Translations under genes and position numbers: made by a program
The notes under the pieces: generated by a model
Told to the model about the DNA's origin: nothing
The model's database searches: none
What the model saw: the letters and a program-made list of their open reading frames with translations, nothing else
Shown here: in pieces, positions 1 to 11,447 of the stretch
Numbering within the stretch: position 1 is the stretch's first letter
How the letters are laid out: every line of letters begins with the position of its first letter
Origin: Neophaeotheca triangularis
Lineage: Eukaryota
Reading direction: 5' to 3'
Length of the DNA: 64,000 nucleotides
Assembly (NCBI GenBank): GCA_054600435.1
Contig: BAAIJX010000001.1
Coordinates: 992,001-1,056,000, forward strand

Positions 1-2927
1 GACTTTCGCGTCGGTGCTGGCGCTTTCGCTGCGTGCTAGGGCAATCGCACTTTGGAATGCGTTGCGGATCTGACGACCGTTCCAAGCTGGTCCTATGGAG
101 TTGATGTTCTGGTTTTGCTCTCCATAAAGTTGCCGTGCAAAGGCGATCAACGAATCTGGATTGCACTCCAGCTCCATTGGTGACTCGCATGCACGCCGCA
201 TCAGGTTCCGCCAGATCTTCTCGGTGGTCGGCCAATTCAGCGGTGGGTAGTACAAAGCCATATGTATCCTGGATTTGAAAGCCTCATCAAACACGCCGAT
301 CCTGTTGGTCGTCAAAAACCTAATGAACATGTTAAAGAAGCTCACGGTCATAAAACTATGGTTCTGACTTACAGGATGCCTTCGTAGTACTCCAGAATTC
401 GCAAAAAGACACTCACGAGGGCGTTTCGTTCGATATCCTGATTTGTGCGCTGCGCAAGAAAGATGTCCGCCTCGTCGAGAAGCATTACACAGTCCCATGC
501 TTGTGCCAATTGGAAGGCTGTCTCTAACGTCGTCTCGACTTCCCTGGGTTTGAGCCCCAGGTCGCCGCAGGTAATGGGCAGAAGAGGCTTGCCATACGAG
601 GCAGCCACACACTCTGCAGTCGCAGTCTTGCCGACGCCAGGTACTCCATGAAGTAATACGATGACTCCTTTGCCCTTTTCGCGGACAAGATCGAATTCCG
701 CGTTTCTCGACTTATCTTCCGAGAAATGAGTGTTGATGAGCGCCTGGACGATGTTTTTATGCCCAGTAGGAATCTCAAGGTCTTGCCAGGGGTCGCTTCG
801 CTGGTCGACATGAGTGAGATGCTTTCTACCGGAGTCGTCGGCACTGAGTCGTAGACAAGCTTTGTGTTCGGTCAGTTCTCTTCTGTCGGTCTGGTGGTCG
901 CGCAGACTTACCCCAGCTCCGTGTACGTAAGACGTAACCAAAGACCCTGTCGGGGAGAAGTAGAAGGTCATCGCCATCTGGCGTTGCCTCGCCTTTGTTC
1001 CACCGCTGCCGTTTCAGTTCCTCCGCCTTTAGAAAGTCCTCGCTGACTCTCGCATCCCAAACGTTATCTCTCGCAGCCCTCTCAATCCCGTCGAACAACT
1101 CGGCAACGTCACTTTTCCACCACTGTGGCTCGGTAGTCGCAGGCCCCCACTCCGGGTTCGCTTGTATACCGCGTTCGAAATCGATGACCACCTGACTTTC
1201 CACTCGTTCGGTGAACAATCGATGGGATTCGAAGTCCTCTTTATCCCGCCGGTAGAGAGGCTCTCCCCCTGGTGTTTGTGTTATTGTTGTGCCTTGATAG
1301 TACCGATGCTGTGGTTTCATATAGCCCAAGAATTGTTTCCCCCTTTCGCGAAGATATTTCCGGCTCGCAACGTGGCCTATGTCCTCAGCGACTGCAAGAG
1401 GGATAATTGGAAGGCCTGCAATAGACATAGAATTCTCGAACATTTCGATCTGGAACTGCCGATAGACCCGAATGAAGTTGGCGCCATCATGATCCAGGTA
1501 ATAACAGTCTACGATGAAGGGACTAAACTTGCCCTCCCAATCTAGAATGTCTTCGTTGGGCGTGCTCAGATATTTTCGGCCCCCAGTGGCTTGGACGACC
1601 TTCCAGATTTTCTGCGGCGTTGACCTGTCCATGGCATACGCGAGAGATCCAATGGGAAAGAGATGCCAAATGTTGCTGAAATTTATTGAAGTCGGCTCGC
1701 TGTTGAAATAGGTCCAGACAGGTTGCAAGTACTCGCTAATGAAGCGAACAAGACATCGAAAATCATCAACGGCTTCCTTGACTTCTGACAAGGTAAGCTC
1801 GGACCAGTCAGTGCCCGTGAGGAATATCATGTCCTGTGGAAACTTTCGTTGGGCCAATGATTCAGCTTCCTGCTTGGATTTGTTGTCCTTGGGCTGGATC
1901 TCAGTGTTCTCTTCGGTGTCGAAATCTTTGGCGTCGGTCCCGTGAATCCTTTCACTTTGCTGTTCGCAAGCTGCTGCCATAGGTTCGAGCGATTGACTGA
2001 GGCTGGTCTTAGCTGACCCGGCCTTCTGGAGTCTTTCATTATACAAGCACTCTATATCGGCCATCTTGTCTTTGATCTGACCTTCATGTATGGTGAGTAC
2101 CTTGTATGGGCGCATCATGACCAGCGTATCTGTCTCCGAAGAGAACTCCAATTCATCATTGCAAAGAGAATCCAGTAGTCGCTTGGCCGGGACAGAATTG
2201 ATCCTCAGTCTTGATGGCAAAGCTTTTGGAGCTGGCGTTGGCCCATCTTCTTTGCTAGGCAAACTCGATCGACCTTCCGGTATGGCAGCTGTGCTCGATC
2301 TTGGGATCCCGAGCAAAGATCTTCGGCCGCTTGTCCGCTGCGGTTGCGGCTCCTCATAGAGGATATCGATAGCCGAATGGCCTTTCCGGGTGCCTTCTCT
2401 AAGCGCGGTTCTCATCCATTCTTCCCAGGACATCAGCCTGATCTCGGGTACTGCAACTTCACGCGAGCCTTCTCCCGCTGTTGCGCTCGGTGGAGGCTCT
2501 TCGTACGCAAGTGTGTTGAGAATGAGATCGGTGGCAAGCGCAAGCTCGAGAAATATGTCTATCGCGCGACTTGAGACTTCATCCCCTGTCTTCTTACTAA
2601 TCTCCTCCCTGATTTTTGATCTTGTACTGAACGAATTCAATAGACTCGTGCTTCTCCCAGGGCCTTCGGCATTGTGGTAGTCGGCAGTCTTGCCTACTGT
2701 ATTAGCCTAAGCGAGGATCTCGGCCTAGACTCATGAAGTCGTACCTTCTCGTTCACGCTGTCGTTCTGTTGCTCTGGCGTGGGTTTTGCGAGCGGGTCAT
2801 CTTCTATCGTGGTGTCTGCTTCCTTTGCAGCTGCGCGAGGCTTTGGGGCTTGATGAGCCGCGAGTGGCTGGACAGGCGCCGTTTCGGTAGAGTCCGATGC
2901 CAATAGCGAAGATGCCACGGGATCCAT
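1..2927 (-). CDS. Large fungal AAA+ ATPase with long N-terminal region; 3' end runs off the left edge of the window
   Basis: ORFs 826-2640 and 369-977 join through a GTAAGT...AAG intron (911-860). Walker A GVPGVGKT and Walker B VMLLDEAD are present. After a further intron (~372-320) the frame continues FLTTNRIGVFDEAFKSRIHMALYYPPL...WNGRQIRNAFQSA (sensor/Arg-finger and lid motifs). The first exon (ATG 2927, donor 2744) is less certain. Confidence 0.9.
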
Positions 2928-3492
2928 TTCAAAGTAATCACCCTTGTCTCAGTAATTTCAGAGGCCTGGCGGAGCACTCAAGTCTGCACATACAAAGCGA
3001 GCGGGGAACTATATACTTAGCTGTGTGACTGGTGAAGGCGGCTTTGAATGGCAGTTTCCACCATGCAATGATGCTGCATGTGTTGGCTAATCATCGAGCT
3101 CGCCGTAATGGTTGTCCAGCAGTCAGATTTGTGGCTTAATGGAGCACATATTCCCGCAGTGCTCGAGGATCGCATGGACGCCTCCATTGGCCGGATTCGG
3201 CGCCTCGTTATATATGAGCTGAGCCAGCTGGGGCGAAGTGCAGGCTCGCTTCTACACGCATGTGATGATATATGAGCAGCTGGGACCGGTCGAGAGCGAA
3301 TCTCCGTGTTTAGAATAGATGTGGTCACGCGCACACGGTACGAATGGGGCGATACAACGTTGAGTACATGTAGTCGTAATCAGCAGCAATGCTGCGCCCA
3401 GTATGGGCGTCCTGATATCAGGCGAGGTGTCTCCCGGATCGGCCAGCATCGAGATCGCTTCTGTAGAGATATCTTAACAGCTCCCCGAAGAG

Positions 3493-5462
3493 ATGTCCAT
3501 GGCAGATGAGAACGCCGTGATCCAGCCGTATGTTACGAACACAGCCGCAGCGATCATTCGGCGCGACTCCACCGCCGCCTGGGATTCAGCTGTGGAAAAG
3601 TTCATTCCGCCGCGGCCCTCGTCAACGTATGTCCTCCATCCCCGCCGTCCTTTGCTCTTTCATTGTTTTCAGAGTATATCGTGATGCGCAGCAGGCACAG
3701 TGTTGATGGGATATCAGAGTTATCGCACGGACGAATGGCTTCAAATCCTTTGTCAACAAGCTCACTCATGAGTCGAAGCAACCTGCGCTCAAAAGGTTCC
3801 AGCTGTGCCAGAACTTCAAAATATCAGATGTACAACGCGAGGCGAACGCTGCGCTCCAAGCCTACGAAGAGCGTGGCAGCAGTCTGAGATTGCACTTCTT
3901 CCGCACGCTGGGCCGAGACTACAGCAACAACGCATCTGCGGCCGAGGCCTTACTAGCATTTCTGCCCGATGGTGAATACACATTCATCCTCTGCGGAGCG
4001 CTCACCCTTGTCTTCAACGTGAGGGTCGCCCATTGGTCACCACAGCCATACTGCTGATCGAAAGCTAACATCAGCTCAGGCCGCGAAGCGAGTGGCCAAA
4101 GTGCGTGAACAAATCCTCGACTGTCTCGGAGCCCTCACCCGCACTGTCGACGGGACAAAAGCCTTCCAGGAGCTCTACATTGGCGACAAGAGGCTGTGGG
4201 AAACTGCGGAGAGCTTGTATATCGCCTTGCTAGATGCTGTGCAGGATATCCTTGCATGGCTCGATGAAAGTGCCTGGAGGCGCACACTCGGCGCACTGTT
4301 CAAGCAAGAGAATTACAGCAAGCCGCTCGAAGACAAGATCAAGACGGCTGTCGAGACAAAAGTGCAAGAGTTTCACGACCAATTGGCATACTGCCAGCAC
4401 AAGAGAATCCGGCTGATTCACATCGGTGTAGATGGGATCGCTCGAAATATCAATAGCGTTCAAGCCAGCATACAGAAGGGGCAGACTGTTCAGCAGGAGC
4501 ATCACGAGGAGTTGATACATTTCCTTGTCTCAATGCTCAAAGGTCAGTTCTACACATTTGAGTGGCAGCGTAAATCGCAGCAGGCATTGCGGGAGGCGGT
4601 GGATCGGCTTGCTCAGAGGGACTATGACCAAACTATCTTGGTCACTCGAAGGCCACCGACGATTAGCTTTCGGGACCTGTTGAGCCTCCTGCAAGTCAAC
4701 CAGACAATCGTACAAGACGACTTGCGGCTCGCCATCCAGGATGGCCAAATGCTCTCGCCGGAAAGACAGGCCCGAGCCGCTTCCCTGTTCCAGCATGCAA
4801 GATTTCAATCATGGCTCCAGAGTGGGAGATGCGAGATCCTGGTCGTCAATGGGAAAGACCCGCAAAGCCAGTCGGCCACAATGTCACCCTTGACATACGT
4901 CGTGGGGCTGCTTGCACAGACGCTGTGGTCGACCCAGACGGCAGTACCCTTGGTTTGTATCAGTGGCAGACACGCCTCGCCTGACGATCCTCTCGATGGC
5001 GCGGAAGGCGTGTTGCGTCTTCTGATCTACCAGCTACTTTTCTACGCAGGAGAATCCTTGGACCTGTCACCACTCGACTACAACTTCATCGAGGCAATCG
5101 AAGCGGGCGACATCAGATATCTCCGCGAGCTCTTCAGGTTACTTGTCGTCTCTGTGGTCGTCACCATCAACAAGCCATGCACGATCGTGTGCTTGGTGGA
5201 CGGTTTGTCCTTTCTCGAGACAGACGCACGCAGACCTAAATTGGAGATCTTGGTCGCTTTCCTCCAACAACTTGTGCTTGACATTACCGACCTCGGCGGT
5301 TTTCTCGTCTTCAAGGTTCTGCTCGCCTACCCCTATATGAGCCAATACGCCCAAGAATGGTTCCTACCTGAAGCCATCTTGACCATGTCCGAAGATGCCG
5401 GCGGAGATCGCCAGGGTTACAATCTGGCGCGAATGTCGATGGTCTCAAAAAGTTGGTTATGA
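3493..5462 (+). CDS. NACHT/NLR-like protein with helical N-terminal domain and degenerate P-loop, ~605 aa, no C-terminal repeats
   Basis: Exons 3493-3626, 3718-4018 and 4080-5462 splice in frame (1818 nt). N-terminal LPDGEYTFILCGALTLVF-type helical domain; FQSWLQSGRCEILVVNG (pre-Walker-A motif of fungal NACHTs, but no GxxGxGK[ST]); Walker-B-like CLVDGLSFLE; FKVLL strand. Confidence 0.75.
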
Positions 5463-5754
5463 AGTATGGCATCTTTGTATGGGGCTGTTGCGGAGCCGCT
5501 TATGCGGGCGAGTTATTACGAAGATTACGGCGGCCTCATTGGCACCTCGTTCCGGTCGTTACATGTGTTTAGAAGGCTTTGCAATCTCTTGACCGACCTG
5601 GTGATACCAGCCGCGGTGCCTCCTGCTTCATCCACAATGTCAAGACCGAGTGGCGGTAGGTTGGTTTCGTTGCGTCGCTGAGGAACGTTAGTAAGACAAT
5701 CAACGTGGCCTTGAAAGCCACAAGAAGATGCTCTCGGCGGACACCTATCCTTGA

Positions 5755-6073
5755 CACCTCAATGCCGCTTTCTCATTGGCTCCTCGCCACCACCACTAGC
5801 GCATGGACGTTTTTGACTTTTGCCCTGCCCTAGACTTGATACTTAGGAGAAACCAATGGGACTGTGAAAAGCCGCCCGGGACAGCTAAATGCTACCACAA
5901 AACACCTTGAAAATCGCGAGAAGACGCTCCCGGCGAGCAGATATTCTAGCCACCTCAACGCCACCTTCTCATTGGCTCCTCACCGCTGAAGCTAGCGTAT
6001 GGACGTTTTTCCATTTTGGTCCTCCCACGGTTCCATGCGCGTGAGAAACCGGTAGGACTGTGAAAAGCCGCCG
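5755..6073. repeat. Diverged direct duplication, two ~120-bp copies with ~196-bp period
   Basis: Copy 1 starts at 5755 and copy 2 at 5951. They share, in order, cacctcaa-gcc, ttctcattggctcctc, ctagcg-atggacgttttt, gagaaacc and ggactgtgaaaagccgcc. Confidence 0.85.
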
Positions 6074-7176
6074 GAGACGAGCCAAGAGGCTCTTGTCTTT
6101 CTGTTTTTTTCCATTTGGAGCTGTCCCTGGCAGCTTGTTTGGAACACTTTGGACGATCTGGCTCTTGCTTAGCTGTGAGAAAATAATAGAATGAGTAGCA
6201 ACCCGCCGGGGACACGGCTGCGCTTCACTTTTCTGTCAGATCAGCAACCCACTGGCCGGAAAAGGCCTACTGAGATTCTGCATTTTTCAAAACACAGCTT
6301 AGGTCGGCTAGGTTCTCGAAATGATATCAACTGTGGAAGGAAGCGAGTAGTGCGGAAGTGTTTCTTCGTTAATCAACATTGCAAGGGACAACCTTTGCTG
6401 TGGCTTGGTGACACCTCCATCGCTGACTTCGAGGAGGCTTGAAGCATCACATACCCTGCCGAAGAGTATCCGTCAGCATCACGTCGGCACCCTGTGCAAT
6501 ACCGGACCGGCTTCATCTTGATAGTTGAGTACGTATTCAGCTCGGCCCGCACTGTCTGAAAGGCGCAGTCTCAGCGGCGGTGTGAGAGGACAATGCAAGA
6601 CCGACGATAAGGCTGAGTTCGTGGATGGGGAGCTAGAGCAGCGTCGGATATAGTTCAACAATGTAAATCCTTTGTTAATACGACGGGATTGACATGAACT
6701 GCGTGACATGTCTTTTAAGACGTCCAAAAGGTGTGCGGAGATAGTTGAGCCCCTTTAAAGTTCGACTATGGCAAAAAGTTGCCGGATGCCACGACCTTGG
6801 CAGCCAGACACTAGCGCACCAAGTCCCCTGGCCAATGAGAGACGATCTGTGTCTTTGTGCGACTCTCGGTGGCTGTAAAGAAAGGCATGGTGGCATGCTA
6901 CCAATAGTCAGCAATAAGGACGACTTGCATTGGTACCTACATTCAACGTTGCGAGAAACCAACAGGAATGGGAAATCTTGAAAGCAGACTGCATTTTCAT
7001 CATACTTAGTAACGTGATGTGGAACCGTGTCGAGTGACAGGCCTTGCCAGCATCAGCCCCGTCTTCATCGTCTTACCACGCCAGAAATAGCGTACACGCC
7101 TTCCCATCCCCACCGTCATGCCAACCCAAAGCCCTCCCGCCCAAGCTCTAACTTACACCACCACGACCCCCCCAGC

Positions 7177-9741
7177 CTAAACAAACCCCCAAGCGCCTCC
7201 CCCACCCCCGCCCGCCACGCCCTGGACCCCAGCCCTACCCCCCTCAAGCCTTAAAACCTGATGCGGCGTACTAGCCGGATCGAAATAAAGGCCCTCGACC
7301 CTACCATCACTCCTGCGCAAGCTAACATAATAGAAACCTGAAATCGTCAGCCCATGTCCGCGATCTTGATCGCCTTCCTCGAGGGCGCCGGTCCGGGCAG
7401 CACCGGCAGCGCCCCCAGCGCCGCGCGATTGCTGGAATTCGCATTTCTCGTCCTTGGAGTGAATGAAGCAGCGCTCTTTCCAGCGCATGAAGATGTAGTT
7501 TTCCATTAGCTCGTTGAGGGAGGCCGTCGAGAGGAGGTTGTGGGCTATGGTGTCGGGGTTGGGGGGTTTGGATGAAGGAGGCTGCCAGCTGGTGGTGTTT
7601 GAGGAAGGGTCTTGGTCCGAGGTTTCGGATCGCATGTCGCTAAATGGCGGGAGGTGCGCCCAGTTTAAAGCATCTATGCCTGCCGTGGCGGCTGGGAAGG
7701 GAATTGAAGTTGCATGGGTTGTGTAAGGCGTGGCGTTTTGGGGTGCTGTTTCGTAGGCACCATGAGCTGATGCGCGACGCTCGCCGCGAATGGCCTCTTC
7801 GTAACGTTGGAGGGGCGACATGGTTGAGGAATGCGAAGGTGGTGTTAGGAAGGAGTGAGTACGGAGGTCGATGATCTGGCCTTCGACGAAAGTGGTGATT
7901 GGGGCGGCTTTTTTGCCAGCCCGGGGTGGAGCATTTGTGCCTTCGGGCAGAGGACCCGCGTGCTGAGGTACGTCGTAGGCTTCCATTGTACCCTGCAGGG
8001 TCATGGCTTCGGCATCGACGGAATGAAGTACGAAACGGACTGGCCATTGATCAAAGTGGTTTGGTTCTGCCGTAGGGTGTCCATTCGCCCAAAGGCGCTG
8101 GAATTGGGTATTTGGATCTGTAAATTGAATCACCATTAGACCAGGGACAAACGCGGACGCATAAGTTCGACCCCTTTGCCTGAGGCTGCGATCGTGAGAA
8201 CGAGACCTACCGCCTACTGTGGGTCTATGACCTCCCCGTCTGGTAAAGTTTGGGTTTATCTGCTCAACGTTGCGGTTGACGCTCTCCTGCCCTCTAAATA
8301 TCGCGTCGATGGGCGCAAGGTTGACGGGGGATGGTATAGTCGGGTTGGAGCTAGCGGGCTGTGGGTTAGTCTGGTTCCGGTTCGCGCTATCCTGTCTCCT
8401 ATGCGTGAGGTTGGCAGTGATATGGTTAGTAGCATGCTGATGCCCCTCAAACACTGCACCGGGTCGCAGCCACGAGCTCGCAGCTAGTGGCCGTATCCGG
8501 TCCAAGTCCATCACAAAGTCGTCCTGCTGGTCAACAAAGTGCGCCTTAGTGGCCAGGGAGTTTTCGATAGCCATGGTCACGCTATCATGGTAGTCCGAGG
8601 TGTCGCGCAAATCACTAAGAAATTTGAGCGTGTTCTCGAGTAGCCAGGGCTGCGGATTTCCTCCACTTGTGTTCGTCTGCGCTGTGGCTGGATCTTCTGC
8701 AAGTACCGGCGGCGAAGCAATGCGCGGTAGCCGTGGATAACCAGTCTCAGCCAAGTAGCCCCTTCTGAAAGCTGCAACGCGCTCCTGTCTATCCCGCTCC
8801 TGCCTAACGCGCTCCCGCCTCTCATTCTCTCTGGTAACAGTGTTGGCCCTTTCGTTCGCTCCGCCAATCCAGCCCTGTCTCTGCGCCCTTTCTTCCTCTT
8901 CACTCATCCCGCTCCTTTCACGCTCAATAACATACCGCAGCATCCTATCCGTGGCACTTGGCGATCCCTCCTGCCTTGCCCTTTGCAGCACCGCCCCTCT
9001 CCGCAGATTGAACCTCTCGCGCTCTCTCCGTCGCCTCACCTCAGCCTGGGTCTCGCCCGTGCCTCGTGCCACCACCGCATCAGCTTGGTCCCGGAGGTGT
9101 CGCGCTTCACCACGCTGGCGAATTATTTCCGCTCGGGCCATGACCCTCATCACTGCAGGATCTCCGCCCGGTGTTTGATACTGTCTCAACTCCGCAAGAA
9201 TGCTTTCCAGCTCTGCCTCATCTTGTGCTGCTTCCGCGTAAGCTGGCGCCCAATCGTACAAACTTTGTCTAGTCGGCGAAGGTGGACGGTCACCATAAGC
9301 AGCTGGTGTAGATTGAATGTAGGGCGCGGCGCCGCTGTCGGTAGACCCATGTGAACGGTTCAGTCGAGCGAGGACCCTCTGCAACCTCTCGCGCCTAGTA
9401 AGATCTTCGGAGATGTCTCGTGTGGGAGACGGGCTGGCAGCCGCGGTCTGAGCTTCGTTCTGGTCGTCCATGCTAGAGGGCTGGCCCCTCGCTGCTGCAG
9501 CTGTACGTTGTGTTCCCGCTTCTCCTAGATTGTTCGAGGCGTGAGTTGCCCACTCTTCGTGCATGCGGCGTAGCTCTCCTTCAATGCGTTCGTTTCTCAA
9601 GGCGGCGCTGCCGCTGTTTTGAGCCTGCTCTGCAGTCTCTGTGTGCAACGTGCTGGCGAGATCGGGCGCGGGTGATTCGAGATATGCTAAGGGTGGCAGA
9701 GGTGAGTCTGAACGTCCATTGGGACTATTGGCCGGCGGCAT
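7177..9741 (-). CDS. GID4/Vid24-family (vacuolar import and degradation) protein with long N-terminal extension
   Basis: SWLRPGAVFEGHQ, WPVRFVLHSVD, ITTFVEGQIID, YIFMRWKERCF and GLTISGFYYVSLRRSDGRVEGLYFDP motifs typical of the Vid24/GID4 domain. Probable in-frame intron at 8210-8118. Confidence 0.85.
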   Translation of the reverse strand: MPPANSPNGRSDSPLPPLAYLESPAPDLASTLHTETAEQAQNSGSAALRNERIEGELRRMHEEWATHASNNLGEAGTQRTAAAARGQPSSMDDQNEAQTAAASPSPTRDISEDLTRRERLQRVLARLNRSHGSTDSGAAPYIQSTPAAYGDRPPSPTRQSLYDWAPAYAEAAQDEAELESILAELRQYQTPGGDPAVMRVMARAEIIRQRGEARHLRDQADAVVARGTGETQAEVRRRRERERFNLRRGAVLQRARQEGSPSATDRMLRYVIERERSGMSEEEERAQRQGWIGGANERANTVTRENERRERVRQERDRQERVAAFRRGYLAETGYPRLPRIASPPVLAEDPATAQTNTSGGNPQPWLLENTLKFLSDLRDTSDYHDSVTMAIENSLATKAHFVDQQDDFVMDLDRIRPLAASSWLRPGAVFEGHQHATNHITANLTHRRQDSANRNQTNPQPASSNPTIPSPVNLAPIDAIFRGQESVNRNVEQINPNFTRRGGHRPTVGGRSRSHDRSLRQRGRTYASAFVPGLMVIQFTDPNTQFQRLWANGHPTAEPNHFDQWPVRFVLHSVDAEAMTLQGTMEAYDVPQHAGPLPEGTNAPPRAGKKAAPITTFVEGQIIDLRTHSFLTPPSHSSTMSPLQRYEEAIRGERRASAHGAYETAPQNATPYTTHATSIPFPAATAGIDALNWAHLPPFSDMRSETSDQDPSSNTTSWQPPSSKPPNPDTIAHNLLSTASLNELMENYIFMRWKERCFIHSKDEKCEFQQSRGAGGAAGAARTGALEEGDQDRGHGLTISGFYYVSLRRSDGRVEGLYFDPASTPHQVLRLEGGRAGVQGVAGGGGGGAWGFV

Positions 9742-11447
9742 ATCTCTGCCTTTGTACTCTCAAAGTGAGAATGAGGTTGTCGTCGGGCGGCTATTGCATG
9801 TTGCTAGCGAGTAAGAAACGCCTCAACAACGCGGCGTACTGGATTTCCTGAAGAATTGAATTCTTTCGATCGGGTTAGGACTCGACGAGGGTCGTTTGGT
9901 CGACGGTTGCAGACTATTTGTGCCGTAGTCGTTGAGGTAAACACAAAGGAAGTCGTAGGTCAAGCATCGCGAGGTTCCTTGGGCGTCATCAATCGCCAAG
10001 ATTGTCGCTGTCACATGCCACCATCTCGAACGCAGCAATCAACTACGCCCCAATTATTGTTAGATGGCTTTGGATCGAAGGCCAGAAGGATCTACTAGAT
10101 TGGAAAGCAAAGGAGTCGTAGATGAGACGCAGACGGCTTTCTCGCGAGTCGAAAAGAAATTTGATTAACAACTAAACAAACCGTAGAACCAGCTACGGTG
10201 AAGCCAGCAAAGGCAAACTAACTTAAAAATACCAGCATCCATTTACCCCAGCCAGACCCATCAAGGGCAGGCGCAATATTCCAAGGGGCTTCTCCTCCAA
10301 GCCGGTGGGGAGTATAGCAGGATGATCGCTATCCTTTGACCGCCCCCACCCCTCTTCCCTCCAAAACCATTTCCCACCTTGCCAATCAAGGCGTACGAAG
10401 AGTTCTGGTACCCATGGTCCAAAGACAGGAATGGTTAGAAGAACCGGTGAATCCACCACTTGGAGCGCGCTGGGAAGTCTACCTCTCCACTACGCAGTAG
10501 GGAGAAACAACCGACACGCAACTTCAAGGCAAGTCCCATCACAGATGAGGAGTTGTCGCAGGTGAAAAATTCAGTCCGGTCAGATCAACCAATCCGTGCA
10601 ATCTTCCTGGTGAGGGTGAGAGTAAGGGTGGACGGCCATATTAAGAGCCAAGCGCTCCCAGAACGCTGTCAAAGGGCCCAAAAAAGGGGGTCGCCGGTCG
10701 CCGAAGATGGTCTCAGCAGGTGCGGGGATGGCGCGGTGAAGCAACCACATCCCAGGCGCAAACCAGTCGCGCCCTCCGCCGAGACCTGTGAATTCGTCGT
10801 GCAGATGCCCTCGTCACCATGCGCGGCCTGCCCTGCAACCAATCCCGCCTGTCTGGCAGAGCGAGAAAGTTCACAAGAGCTGGTATTGCGCAGGCTTCCA
10901 GGCTTCCGCAAAGGCATTGGTAGAAGCGAAGCGAGTCTGTAACCCAGCAGTCTCGCGAGTTGGTAGTGTAATAGTATCCGAAGCCAGAGAGGAAACCGTG
11001 GACGGACGTTAGCACCCGTGAATGAAATGAAAACGATCCTATGTGCTGCTGGCCGTGAGGCCTTCGAAACGCTGTCTTGCAGTGCATGCCTCGCCATTCG
11101 CTTGCCACAACAGGAGAGTCGAGGTTTCCAAAATGCTTCGATGCGCTGAAAGATGAACGAAAGCCATACGAAAAATTAGCGCCATCCCGTATGCGTGTCC
11201 CGTGAAAAGAAAAATTTGTCCCGTGATCTTTCTGGTTTATCGGAAATATGTTTGACATGATGATCAACATCGGGGTATCATATCGCATTGTACATCGTCG
11301 AAAAAGAGAGAATTGGGAAGACAGTCGTGGTACCATTGTCAAGGGAATCCTGATGCGCATCCAGGTGGTGTTGTCCCTTTCCGAAAGCTCGATGATGTTG
11401 CGTCGAGAAGAGCAGAGCGGCATTTGCTTCGGTTGCCAGGCAGCATG

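Noticed and set aside
860..911. AAG 3' splice acceptors (here and in RPC11 intron 1)
   Set aside because: A minor but well-known acceptor class in fungi; not unusual enough to report as a finding.
5755..6073. CRISPR-like repeat-spacer interpretation of the duplication
   Set aside because: Only two long diverged copies, a eukaryotic context and no cas genes.
10713..11423. 236-aa minus-strand ORF just downstream of the 11448-12509 gene
   Set aside because: No recognisable motif, UTR-like T-rich composition, and it lies in the expected 3' UTR. Not supportable without expression data.
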